From Andalucia godoyi And28 (taxonomy: Eukaryota > Protista > Jakobida): a stretch of DNA of 64,000 nt. The translations under genes and the position numbers were made by a program. Under the pieces are notes generated by a model. The model saw nothing but the letters and a program-made list of their open reading frames with translations, had not been told where the DNA came from and ran no database searches. The stretch spans positions 112,594 to 176,593 of the forward strand of contig VRVR01000016.1 in the NCBI GenBank assembly GCA_009859145.1, read 5' to 3'. Below are positions 37,095 through 48,013 of this stretch, one piece after another (position 1 is the stretch's first letter; each line of letters opens with the position of its first letter).

Positions 37095-40000
37095 ATGTCC
37101 ACAAAACGTGAAAATGATTCTCCTTCAGAACCTGGAGCAAAAGTAGCCCGCATAGCGCCGGCGTTCGACGATGACGATTTCCTTCTCGATGAAGACTTTG
37201 CATACGAACCACAGCAACATTCTCAAGCTTCTCAAAATGCAGCGGGTTTTCCTCCGGTTGCGGCACAAGCAACTTCAAAGTCTCTCTCGATTACAACGAA
37301 CTATTCTGCGAAAACGAGTGCTACTTCCGCAAACTCGGCGCTGCCGAATCCGTCGTCTGCAGCGAAGAAACCCGGGTTCCATTCTGGGAGCGGCGGTCAT
37401 CCGTCAAGCTCGGCGAAGCCGTCTAATCCAAGCAACAGCTACGGAAGCAAGAACGGGTCTCAAGAGAAAAAACCTTTTGTTCCTCGAAAACGGAGGAATG
37501 ATGATGACGATGACGTGGGTGACTTTGGAGACGAGGATGAGGACAATGATGTTGATGACATTGGTATAGATTTTGAAGACGACATGATGGAAGAGGGCGA
37601 AGGATCTGTGCTGGATGAGACTGCTTTTGGGGACCGTGCTCGATCAAGATATGATGACCTGATGAAGCAACTGGCACCGATCCGAGATGCGAATGACGAA
37701 GAAGAGTTGGATCGACGGTTTGCATGGATGCGGCCGCCATTGACAAAGGTGTCGGATCCCAGTGAAGAATCCATTTCGTTCATGCAAGTTGATATGGATT
37801 ACACAGTAGGACCGGCATTGGACGATGTCCCATTGTTTGTGGATCACAAGAAGCCTGGAAAACGAAAACAGGTGCCCATTGTCCGGATGTTTGGAATCAC
37901 AAAAACGGGAATGTCTGTTTTGGCACACATCTATGGATTTGAGCCATATTTCTACATTGAATCACCCCAAGGATTCTCGGATTCTGAAATGGCGACTCTT
38001 GTCCGGATTCTCAACAACTATCTCATGAAGAAGGATTCGAAGAACGATCCAGACAATCTGCCAGTTTTGCGAGTTGAGGCAGAGTCGAAACAGTCCATCA
38101 TGTACTACCGTTTCGGAGCACAGCATACGTTTTTGAGGATTACAACGTCGTTGCCAAAGTTTGTGCCGGAGTGCAAATCAGCGCTGGCGAAGGGATTTGA
38201 ATTTCCGGGTCGCGGACCATTGCAGTTCACAACTTACGAATCGGACGTACTGTTCATTCTGCGTTTCATGATCGACACCGACGTTGTCGGAGGAAATTGG
38301 ATCGAGCTTCCAGCCGGAAAGTATTTGTACTCGGGAGATAATTCTCGCACTGTGTCCCAGAAAATGAGGTCGATGTTCACAAGTGCTTCGATGAGTGACT
38401 GGAAACTGCCTCCTCGCACATCTGTTTCGCAGTTCGAGGTCTGGGCACATTACAGGGATTTTATCTCGCATGCTCCTGTGGGTGAATGGGCTCGCATCGC
38501 GCCGCTCAGGGTGTTCTCATTTGATATTGAATGCGCTGGACGCAAGGGAGTCTTTCCGGAACCAGAGCATGATCCTGTGATCCAGATTGCAACAGTTGTG
38601 AACCACTATGGTATTACCTCTGTGTCCTCAACGGCTGCGGTCGCGTCTGAGGATGAAGACGATGCCCCAGACAGACTGGCAAACAAGTATCGGCCAACGG
38701 TGATCAGGACGGTGTTTACTCTTGGCACGTGTGCACCGATTGTTGGAAGCGATGTCATTCCCTGCAAAACCGAAGTGGAACTGCTGTCCCGATGGCGGGA
38801 GTTCTTTACGCTGGTTGATCCCGATTTTGTCATTGGGTACAACATTGCAAACTTTGATCTCCCGTATCTGCTTGACCGTGCCGACAAACTCGGTCTCAAG
38901 AACTTTGCGCACTTGTCCCGAATTGTGGGACTGCTATCGAAAGCAAAAGACACTCGTTTCTCGTCGGCTGCATACGGTACGCGAGAATCGAAGGAGGTTT
39001 CCATGCCTGCTCGAGTCACGTTCGACGTGATGCAAGCCGTGCAGAGAGACTACAAGCTGTCGTCGTACTCTTTGAACGCGGTGTCTTCCCATTTCCTCGG
39101 AGAGCAGAAGGAAGACGTGCATCATTCGATCATTTCGGAATTGCAGGAGGGAAACGAAGACACTCGAAGACGCTTGGCTGTGTACTGTCTGAAAGATGCC
39201 TTGCTGCCGCTTCGAATTCTCGAACGATTGATGATGGTTCCGAATTACCTCGAAATGGCTCGTGTGACAGGTGTTCCGCTTGGATTCCTTCTCTCGCGCG
39301 GTCAGCAGATCAAGGTCATTTCGCAGCTTCTTCGCAAAACGAAAACCCGGAACATTATCATGCCGACTTATTCAAGGAAGGCAGAGACTTCGGAAACGTA
39401 CGAGGGAGCCACTGTTATCGAGCCAAAGAAGGGGTTTTATGAGAAGCCAATCGCAACTCTGGATTTTGCTTCCCTGTACCCGTCCATTATGATGGCCCAC
39501 AATTTGTGCTACACAACTCTTGTGCGCCCCTCCGACGTCAGCAAACTGTCCAGTGTCGATGAAAAGTTGCGCGAACAGGAATGGGCGAGAACGAGGAGCG
39601 ACGCTGACGGTGCATTGGATGAAGTGTCTGCAGATCCAATTGCGTATCGAAAGACTCCAAATGGGGATGTTTTTGTGTCTGCAAAATTGCAGAAGGGAAT
39701 TCTCCCGGAAATTCTCGAAGAACTTCTAGCTGCGCGTAAGCGAGCAAAGCAGGATCTCGCAAAGTCCACGGATCCGTTCGAAAAGGCCGTGTTGGATGGA
39801 AGGCAGCTTGCGCTGAAGGTCTCTGCGAACTCGGTGTACGGATTTACCGGTGCCACGGTAGGAAAATTGCCGTGTTTGGAAATTTCATCGTCCGTTACGG
39901 CGTTCGGCCGAGAAATGATCAATCTCACCAAGCAAACAGTGGAATCCGAGTTTCCAGGAGCGGAAGTTGTTTACGGCGATACAGATTCCGTCATGGTGTC

Positions 40001-41024
40001 CTTCCCAGTTGGGCAGGATGAGGTTGCAAAAGCAATGGAACTCGGTCGGATTGCTGCCAAGACAATTACCAGCAAATTTCAACGGCCCATTTCGCTGGAA
40101 TTCGAAAAGGTCTACTTCCCGTTCTTGCTGATTTCGAAGAAGCGGTATGCTGGATTGCTGTGGACCAAGCCAGATAAGTACGACAAGATGGACTTTAAAG
40201 GTCTGGAGGTCGTTCGCCGAGACAACTGCTTGCTCGTGCGTCAAGTGGTCGACACAGTTCTTCGTAAGATATTGATTGAAAGGTCGCCGGAGGGTGCGAA
40301 GAGTTACGTGAAGTCGATCATTTCAGACCTGCTGAGAAACAAGATGGATATTTCGATGCTTGTGATTACCAAGGCACTGTCAAAGAGCGGATCAGATTAC
40401 GCTGCAAAGCAGGCGCACGTGGAGCTCGCTGAAAGAATGAGAAAACGTGACGCTGGGACTGCCCCGCACATTGGCGATCGTGTCCCGTACGTCATTATCA
40501 AGGGTGCTAAGGGTGCAAAAGCATACGAAAAAGCAGAGGACCCCATTTACGTGCTGGAAAACAACATTCCGATTGACACGCAGCACTACCTCGAGCATCA
40601 GTTGTCCCTTCCATTAACCCGCATTTTTGAAGGAATTATGTCTCGGCCGGAGTCGCTGTTTTCCGGGGAGCATACCAGAGCGATCTCCATTTCAACGCCT
40701 TCTGTTGGCGGTATCATGAAGTTCGCAAAGAAGACGATGTCCTGTCTGGGATGCCGGACTCCATTGCCTGCTGATCAGCAGGACAAGGCGCTGTGTGTTC
40801 ATTGCCAGGCCAAGGAGCCAGACATTTATCAGAAGAATCTGACGGAGCTTTGTGATCTAGAGCAGCAATTCGGCAAGCTGTGGACGGAGTGCCAGCGCTG
40901 CCAGGGTGCGCTGCACCTGGATGTTCTTTGCACAAATCGGGATTGCCCGATTTTCTACATGCGGAAAAAAGTTGCAAAGGATCTGAAGGACATGCAAGAC
41001 ACTGTCGATCGATTCGGATGGTAG
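37095..41024 (+). CDS. POLD1: DNA polymerase delta catalytic subunit
   Basis: Exo I FDIEC; PolB motifs DFASLYPS, RQLALKVSANSVYG and YGDTDS; CysA CLGC..CVHC and CysB CQRC..C..C. Intronless, 1309 aa. Confidence 0.98.
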   Translation: MSTKRENDSPSEPGAKVARIAPAFDDDDFLLDEDFAYEPQQHSQASQNAAGFPPVAAQATSKSLSITTNYSAKTSATSANSALPNPSSAAKKPGFHSGSGGHPSSSAKPSNPSNSYGSKNGSQEKKPFVPRKRRNDDDDDVGDFGDEDEDNDVDDIGIDFEDDMMEEGEGSVLDETAFGDRARSRYDDLMKQLAPIRDANDEEELDRRFAWMRPPLTKVSDPSEESISFMQVDMDYTVGPALDDVPLFVDHKKPGKRKQVPIVRMFGITKTGMSVLAHIYGFEPYFYIESPQGFSDSEMATLVRILNNYLMKKDSKNDPDNLPVLRVEAESKQSIMYYRFGAQHTFLRITTSLPKFVPECKSALAKGFEFPGRGPLQFTTYESDVLFILRFMIDTDVVGGNWIELPAGKYLYSGDNSRTVSQKMRSMFTSASMSDWKLPPRTSVSQFEVWAHYRDFISHAPVGEWARIAPLRVFSFDIECAGRKGVFPEPEHDPVIQIATVVNHYGITSVSSTAAVASEDEDDAPDRLANKYRPTVIRTVFTLGTCAPIVGSDVIPCKTEVELLSRWREFFTLVDPDFVIGYNIANFDLPYLLDRADKLGLKNFAHLSRIVGLLSKAKDTRFSSAAYGTRESKEVSMPARVTFDVMQAVQRDYKLSSYSLNAVSSHFLGEQKEDVHHSIISELQEGNEDTRRRLAVYCLKDALLPLRILERLMMVPNYLEMARVTGVPLGFLLSRGQQIKVISQLLRKTKTRNIIMPTYSRKAETSETYEGATVIEPKKGFYEKPIATLDFASLYPSIMMAHNLCYTTLVRPSDVSKLSSVDEKLREQEWARTRSDADGALDEVSADPIAYRKTPNGDVFVSAKLQKGILPEILEELLAARKRAKQDLAKSTDPFEKAVLDGRQLALKVSANSVYGFTGATVGKLPCLEISSSVTAFGREMINLTKQTVESEFPGAEVVYGDTDSVMVSFPVGQDEVAKAMELGRIAAKTITSKFQRPISLEFEKVYFPFLLISKKRYAGLLWTKPDKYDKMDFKGLEVVRRDNCLLVRQVVDTVLRKILIERSPEGAKSYVKSIISDLLRNKMDISMLVITKALSKSGSDYAAKQAHVELAERMRKRDAGTAPHIGDRVPYVIIKGAKGAKAYEKAEDPIYVLENNIPIDTQHYLEHQLSLPLTRIFEGIMSRPESLFSGEHTRAISISTPSVGGIMKFAKKTMSCLGCRTPLPADQQDKALCVHCQAKEPDIYQKNLTELCDLEQQFGKLWTECQRCQGALHLDVLCTNRDCPIFYMRKKVAKDLKDMQDTVDRFGW

Positions 41025-41255
41025 ACATTGGAAATCGTGACCGCTGCCACTTATTGTGATATGATGAAGCAGTCTGAAGCGCACGCAAAGAAAAACACTG
41101 CCACGCGCCATGCGCATGCGTTTGCTATCTTAGCACCTCCGTCACACGATGCCGATTCGTTTCGCCCCATTTTGATCATGAAGTCCCTATAAACACGCAG
41201 CCGTGTTGCATTCTCGCACAGCGACACTCATTTCTTATTTTTATTGTCCATGCAA

Positions 41256-41405
41256 CGCAACATCTATCTTGGGAACGTCTCTCATGCCGAGGGGGCGTGT
41301 TGGGGCCTACCCCCCTTCCCAATCATGCTATGCATGTTGCTGGGTTGCAACATTGATTATAGGTGATCGGTGATGATTATCCGTGGTCAGTGTACAATGT
41401 AGGTG
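41256..41405 (+). mobile_element. Diverged 3'-end fragment of the same Fanzor/IS607-like family (copy 3)
   Basis: 41256-41270 translates to RNIYL. GGCGTGTTGGGGCCTACCCCCCTTCCC resembles copies 1 and 2. The 17-nt end TCAGTGTACAATGTAGG (41387-41403) is identical to the 47.5-kb copy. Confidence 0.75.
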
Positions 41406-41571
41406 TGTAATCGTGATGCATTTTCCGGTTTCTTGTTTATTATTATTAAATCAACCAATTAATATTATCGTTATTGCCGCTGTTTGATTGGCTGGTTGGT
41501 TGTTTCGTTTCGTTTCATTCCGTCCCTTCTTCTTTTTACATAGACGGGATACGAAAAAAAGAACTTCGTTG

Positions 41572-44500
41572 CTATCGTCCGTGTGCACTTGGCCTCCGTG
41601 CACTTGCTGGCCGACCGCCTCCACGTCGAAGGCTTTCAAGTTCCCTTGAGAATTTGTCAAAGCTAACGGTTAACGCACTTCTGACTTGCAACGACGAATT
41701 ACTGCCGACAGCGGATCTCGTTGACATTGGTTCAGCAGGACTCTGAGACGCCTCCGGTGTCTCGGTCGGCATTCGATCAGATGCTCGAACGGCCAACGAT
41801 GTCCTAGCACTAGATGGTCGACCTTTCCACGATGCCGCGAACAACGGCTGAATTCCGACAGCCGTCGCGCGGCTTGGGATGTTCCGGGCCGATTCTGGAC
41901 GTGAGAGCCTGGAGCCAGGCGTTACTGCTGATGACGATCGACAGGACACCAGCTGATGTGCGTTCGCATTGGTGGTGATTTCACTTTCGATTGCGGGTCG
42001 ATAGGTCACCGACCCAGAAGATTTTGCAGACTCGGGACGGGGCGAAATGGTTCGAACAGTATGGCTACCGATTGTGGTGCCGTAACTCACGGTAGGAGTT
42101 TCCGATTTCACGATCTTCAACTTGGAAAGATCCACTTTAGGAATGAGAGGATGAATTGTCGTCAATGCGGCCTCGACACTGAATGATGGATCCACTCCTT
42201 TCAGCCAGTGATCGACTTCTTCTGGCAGGACCGCCGTGTCGCTACGAGAGTTCATGAATTGGCGTTCTTTCTGCCAGTTCGACAAAATATTCTCAAGATC
42301 CTTTTGGCCCATGGAATTCATGGATGACGCAGTCCATGGGCGAGAAGACGGCTTCCGAGAAAATGACATTGAGCTGCGTCGCTTCTCGGTGTCCGCATTC
42401 ACTGGAGACCGCAGAGATCCCTCGTAGTCATCAACAGCCGTGCGCGCCGTCATGCCAGACTCCAGTAAGCCATCGGCTTCCACTGTAGTGTGCAAAACAC
42501 GACTGGATTTCGGGCGTCTGCGTACCTGCTCCGACACCCACGCATCAACAAGCTTCGTTTTTGTCGTCGTGTTGCGCATCGGTGCACTCCGTGGCCGGGC
42601 TCCGGGGCCTCCGACCACTGAGGAATCTTGAACTCGCGGAGCAAACTGCTGGACTTCAAACTTTGTCTCAACGTTTGAGACCCGAAGGAGACCAGTGAAC
42701 TTCTCCGTCAACGTGGCAGGATTCGCAGACAGCGGACGTGCCAGCACACCAGAGCTCTTACGGGCAATTGGGCTGCCGTCTTCGCTCCAGGAGCCCTCAC
42801 TGTCCACTTCCTGAACAAATTCGTCCAGCGATTGACTGTCAATCGACGGACGGTTGAGAATCGGGACAGCAAGATTCTCGACAAAGAAGTCGGACCTTCT
42901 GTCCATAAGACCGGAACTAGCAGACTTTTGGACGACGGGCAGCGAGGGGCGCACGCTGGTGGGCAGACTGTCCAATCGCTGGTGACGCGAGGATTCTGGA
43001 ACTGCTGTTTCGGACAGTTTGTGCAGTTCAAGCAGTTTGGTGACGTCTAAATTGTGCAACCGAACAAGCTTCCAAAACCCAGAGTGGTCAGCTGGTCGAA
43101 TACCTCTTCGCAAATCGTCCAGAATTCTGCTGAAGATCGCTTTCTCCACGCCATGAACATCGGCTGCATGTACAAAGAACTCAAACTCTTCCAGGTTTGT
43201 GATTGCGTGCGCGACCTCTGAGCGAATTGGCTTCGACTCCGCAGTCACTTGCTCGCTCTTTGAAGACAGCATCTGCTCGTCTTGCGGAGCATGGTGCTCC
43301 GGAGATGACGGCACCACGTACTCGGGCTCCGGCTGCGCCATGGCAGTTGTCGGACGGCCTGCAGGCGGCGGCCGTGGCATTGGAAGACGGGTTCTTGCGC
43401 TAGAAGGTCTCTTCGTGTGACCAGATTTCCTCGGAGGAGGCGCAGGCGCTGGAGATTGTACTTGTGAAGCAGCCTTTGATTTAAGTAACGCGGCCAAAAT
43501 TCCGTCCCCTGCAGACAAGCAAGTCAAAACCCAAAAAAACAAGGAAAAAAGGGAAGGAGAGAAGAAAAAAAGTAAAGTTAATAACAGGATTGTGAGAAGA
43601 CCGTGCAAAGAACAACACACCATTATGGAAACATTGCGGGAGAAGAAAACACATACGTCGCTTGACATAATCGGTATTCAGCACTTTCTTTCTTAGTTTC
43701 TTGAGAAAGTCGACATACGAGTCGGGGTCGATTTCCTCGACCCATGTATCTGCAAGGTCAAACAATGAAGCGGAAAAGGCTCGCTGCGAGATGCTCGACG
43801 CTCCGTCCGCATCGTTCTTCCAGTCCTCTTGAAGAATGGCAGCCAGTTCGGTGCCCGACGATGTCTCCATAAGCTCGGGAACTACAATGCGATATATCCT
43901 ATCCACAATATATAAATATTCGTCCTTGTCCAGCATTAAAGGGTCTTCTCTGCTCTTGAGAGCAAGATCCCACCACGATTTCACTTCTGACTCAAAGTGT
44001 GCGTGCTCGCGGATGCGGTCTCTCTGCAACAGTGCGCTATCCGTGTACAAATCTAAATTGCCCTGGAATCGATACGGAATGCTCTCTGGATCAACACTAA
44101 ACGGGATCTCTGGAATGACCACCCCCTGGATCACAAGCAACTGGATTTCCTTGCGCAGGCTTTCGTATCGCTGAATTCGAGTACGGACCTTTGCACGCCC
44201 AGCCCACGAAACAATTTTGAAGACAATCGAAGATGAACGGTGCATCGTAGCTTTCGAAGACGCGGTAATCGACTGGCTCTGCTCCGATCCGTTCGGATGA
44301 AGTTGCGGATGCGGATGCGGATGCTGCTGCTGCTGCTGTTGCAAAATCCTTTCGATGCAGTCCTTTCGTAGTTGACGATAGACAAGTTTTAGTTTCACGA
44401 CATTCGAGAGTGTAAGAGACCCATCTGGTCGTATGCTCACCCACTCATCGTCCGCCGATGTTCGTGAGGTGGTCTCCACAGCGGGACTGACAGGAGCCAT

Positions 44501-44967
44501 TTTCCAAGCTAAACTCAGCAAGCAAACACAATAACAATAATAACAAAAAACAGCAGTCAGTAAGGAGTAAATTCAACTAAACTGAACTAATTCGAAGGCA
44601 GTGAGACGCATACTTGACAAATTAGGCTCAGAACCGCGTCGTTGAAACGATGTCGTCTGATGATCAGCATTCTGTTTTTGAAGTCTGTACGGCCCGGAGT
44701 ACACATCGTTGCTATCTGAAGCTGACTGCTGCGTCCATCCTCCAATTGACACAATGGAAAGGCCAGCTAAAAGAATTTGATCGAAAAAAGAAGAAGACGA
44801 AAACGCATGAGAAGCAATGAGAGAGCAGAGGACAGAGTCGGGAAAAGGATCCAAATTAAGGAAAACAACATACTCTTTCGAGAATCTGTGGTTGCGGACG
44901 ACGTCTCGCTTCGCTTGGTGGACTCCAAAATTTTGGCCTTTATGGCCCTTGACCACATCTGCGACAT
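41572..44967 (-). CDS. Large hypothetical protein (~1010 aa) with an EF-hand-like helical domain and 'RPxSAR'-rich disordered tail, 4 exons
   Basis: Exons 44874-44967, 44614-44766, 43657-44508 and 41572-43508 are joined by three GTATG..AG introns with consistent phase. This unites three separate ORF-track entries. Domain LDKDEY...EDWKND.DG..ISQRAFSASLFDLADTW. Confidence 0.75.
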
Positions 44968-45440
44968 CGGCGCATACTAGGATCGAAATGAGAAAAAGGC
45001 GGAGATGTATGTACAGAGAGCAAGATAATTCCTGTCACTGTTATTGCCGTTTGTGATCGTCGTCGTGATTACTACAATTCCCTGTTGTTATTGTATGTTG
45101 GACAGCGAATCGATTGAAGAAAACACCCAAATCAAAGAGAGACTATTCATTTTTTTGGGAGGGAAAATTTTTTAATATAAAACGACACGTCGATGATGGG
45201 CTTTTGGGCTTTCCGACGTGCTTTTGGTTCGGGAATCTCTCAACGAGAAAACTGTTGTTTGTTGAGGACTGTTTTTGTCGACTTGTCGGGTAATTTAATG
45301 AGAATTTTCCGACACGACGCTGTGCTTCAAAAACAAAACAGAAGAAAAAACAGAAGAAACGAAGAGAGAAAACGAAAGGCAAAGACCGTGAGACTGCTGG
45401 AGGTGATGAAACGAAGAGAACTGTACTGTAGGTGAATTGG

Positions 45441-46136
45441 CTATACATATCCAGAGGGTGTTTCTGCACGAGCGATCTGCACACCAAGGGCAACATCGGT
45501 TTGATTGATTGCGGAAAGATCGGGAACCGGGTGCTCGACAGGAGTGGGTTCAGGGGCATCTCGTTTCCTGTTGTTGCTCTTCAATGCCGTACATTCGGCG
45601 ATGGAGCCATGCGACTCTTGATTTTGCGTCGGAACCAGTCGTGTAGGATCAGATAGGACAGGCGTCTTCCTCCTCTTGTACTCTGCATATGTGACGACGC
45701 TGTCCCACTTTTGCTTCACAGCAGCACCGGCTTTTGCGATTGCGAGAAATCCTGCACCGTAAGGATCCATTTGGATTAGCTGCGGATTCTCAACGATTTT
45801 CTCGTTGATTTCGAGTAAAAGACCCTTCATTCCGGCGTACATTTTGTACTTTGTTCCGTCCTCCATGTGCAGAATACACAGAATCATCGTCACTTCGCAA
45901 TACGATGAATTTCGTTTGGATCGGTTCACACTCGTTGGAATCGCTCTGTTCTCTGGAATCTCCACCTTTTCAATCCGCTTGCCTGAAGTCAGGCACGGAT
46001 GCCCTTCCGCAATCCCCGTTATGCATACATGGTTCGAATGCATCGCAAAGTACCGATCGCGATCCACATCAAACTTGACGTCATACTCGCCACTACGCAA
46101 CAGCCGCGGTGTCTGAAGAACACGAGTCGCTGCCAT
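45441..46136 (-). CDS. ABITRAM: ABITRAM/FAM206A (Simiate; GCV-H-like single hybrid motif)
   Basis: Motifs HSNHVCITGIAEGHP, LCILHMEDG..Y and GLLLEINE..VENPQLI..DP..GFLAI. Confidence 0.85.
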   Translation of the reverse strand: MAATRVLQTPRLLRSGEYDVKFDVDRDRYFAMHSNHVCITGIAEGHPCLTSGKRIEKVEIPENRAIPTSVNRSKRNSSYCEVTMILCILHMEDGTKYKMYAGMKGLLLEINEKIVENPQLIQMDPYGAGFLAIAKAGAAVKQKWDSVVTYAEYKRRKTPVLSDPTRLVPTQNQESHGSIAECTALKSNNRKRDAPEPTPVEHPVPDLSAINQTDVALGVQIARAETPSGYV

Positions 46137-46648
46137 TTCTCGGATTTCCTCTTCTTTCTCTTCTTCTTCTTCTTGCACTTTTCTGTTCTGTCCGTTTTGC
46201 TTTTCTCCCAAAAAATTTCAGTTCCTCCTCCTCCTCCAACAACAACAACACCAGGATACTCGCCTTTATAGAAAATCCGAATCAAGACGCTTGCGAATGA
46301 ACGAATGAGCGAAGAAGAAATGGACAAGCACGTGCTGGCAAACGCCATGTTGTTTTTACGCCAGCCCAAATCGGCAACAAACAAGGTTATGTTCGGTTTG
46401 TTAGATTATTTTAAATTTTATTTTATTTTATTTTTTTAAAATAATATATTTAATTTATTATTCTGGTACGTTGCGGTGAGCAGGAGAGACTGGAGAGAGG
46501 TAGGAGCATTTTGTGTATAGTGCAATGCGGCCGGAGTGCCGACTGTCGCCTGGATCAGAGCTGCACCCCTTAGCAGCCATCTGTGGCTTTTGAGAGGGTT
46601 TCAGGTTTTACTGCTAGCCACGCACAAAAAGCAGTGTTTGGGAGACAT

Positions 46649-46824
46649 CGTCTGCATTGCACATGGAGCATGCCTAGTCATTGCAGCCCCTCCAGCATCC
46701 GAACCGAATGTGAATTCAATTCAGAAGGGGTGGTGGGCCTCAGTACGCTGAAGCGTTTTCGAAAGTAGATATTGCGCGCACCTCTCCAATCTCGGTCCAG
46801 ACATGTCGAACAGGACGGGGCCAT
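46649..46824 (-). mobile_element. Diverged 3'-end fragment of a related Fanzor/TnpB element (copy 4)
   Basis: Translates without frameshift to PSCSTCLDRDWRGARNIYFRK. CCCCTTC...GGAGGGG stem. The end CATGTGCAATGCAGACG matches the family end at 14 of 18 positions. Confidence 0.7.
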
Positions 46825-47149
46825 CGGAACGACGATGAATCGGCGTGAATGGGAAAAAAAAGAAGACGAGTGGAACAGCATTGTCTGAAATGACTGGGTG
46901 AGTGGGGTAAGTATGGTAAATTACATTTACTCAAGACTGCATTTACAACCACAAACTACTATTACTGCTACACCGACTGACGGAAGGACGGACAAGCCGC
47001 CTGGCTGACTCGAAAAGAAAGAGTGTCCCGACCCCTCGAGATCTGGAAGTGGAAAGCGGAGTGGAGGAGAGGCGGCGAAGAGACAGGATGTTGTGGACTG
47101 CGGAGTGACTAGCGGACATGCCCGTCACCGCCATTTCATATTGAGTGAA

Positions 47150-47305
47150 TTATTGCGATTTCTTTTCGTCTGATTTAGAAGGAAACCACGATGAAAAGAC
47201 TGCTTCGCGCTGTGATTGAGTAAGCAGAGCTGGAAAAAGAACCACAGAAGCTCCGACGACAATCACCGACACAAGACTCACAACCGCAACTCTTTCTTTG
47301 GACAT
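47150..47305 (-). CDS. Small single-pass membrane protein candidate (51 aa)
   Basis: Manual translation: MSKERVAVVSLVSVIVVGASVVLFPALLTQSQREAVFSSWFPSKSDEKKSQ*. Below the ORF-track cutoff; AT-rich sequence lies upstream. Confidence 0.5.
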   Translation of the reverse strand: MSKERVAVVSLVSVIVVGASVVLFPALLTQSQREAVFSSWFPSKSDEKKSQ

Positions 47306-47461
47306 CGCGTCTTATTATCCACGCATCAGAGTATTCGTATGTATTATTCGGTGAAACGAATTCTTCAAAACATGTATTTATGTATTTATGTATTCATAAA
47401 AACAAGAAGAAGAAAACGACGATTTATGAGGCAAAATCTAGAGTGCTCAAGTGGATTGAAC

Positions 47462-47612
47462 CGCCTACATTGTACACTGAACATGCATATCTACGAACAG
47501 ACATGCATATTCAATCTTGCATCCCGTCGCCGGGAAGGGGATCGGCTCCAACACGCCTCTCTGCGCTCTTCAGATAAATGTTCCGCGCTCCGTTCCCAAT
47601 CTCGGTCAATGT
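47462..47612 (-). ncRNA. Putative omegaRNA scaffold, copy 2
   Basis: CCCG-GCGA-CGGG GNRA hairpin and a fully paired 16-bp UUCG hairpin (47478-47513), followed by the conserved end. The 5' limit is unknown. Confidence 0.55.
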
Positions 47613-48013
47613 GCGAGCCACTTTCTCAGCGTGACACGCCGTTCCTGAGAAGGGTGCATTTTGATTCTGACGGCCCTAGCAGCAGGCGCAGTGACACGCG
47701 GTCTCTTAGGAGGTCTGCGGGACCTAGGAGGCCCTGTATCGAGCGGCGTAGGCGTAGGCGAATGCGTCTTCCTAGCGCACTCACGCCCATATTTGAATTA
47801 ATAAAGTGGAACCAACGAATGATAGAATAGATGGCTACGGATGCTGCGTTAAAGAGTGTCGAAAAAGCGGAGCCTGTGTCACCGGCTGAATTTTGGCCGA
47901 GCGTGCGTAAGCACGGATTCCTGTGAAACAAACAGGCTAGTGTCGGCGAGTATCGACCATGTCTGTTTACGTATACTTCCATATGCATGACAATGACTTG
48001 TCATTATTCAACG
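47462..48013 (-). mobile_element. Non-autonomous, internally deleted IS607/Fanzor(TnpB)-derived element, copy 2
   Basis: Inverted homolog of 11942-12496. Translates to PPKRPRV..RAVRIKMHPSQERRVTLRKWL / IDRDW / NGARNIYLK with the same junction and the same extra G. CG at both ends. Confidence 0.85.

Noticed and set aside
46906-46914. ATACTTACC on the minus strand (U1 snRNA 5' end)
   Set aside because: Downstream sequence lacks the U1 stem-loops (GATCAC, ATTGCAC) and an Sm site.
47889-47915. Sm-site-like AATTTTGG followed by a GTAA-loop hairpin (snRNA/SL RNA candidate), also in the 12-kb copy
   Set aside because: No U1/U2/U4/U5 signature nearby. It lies antisense within the left arm of the Fanzor-derived element, which explains the duplication better.
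47478-48010. TGAA...TTCA termini suggesting a solo LTR
   Set aside because: Homology between the copies extends beyond these positions, there is no 4-6 bp TSD, and the TnpB motifs inside point to an IS607-type origin.
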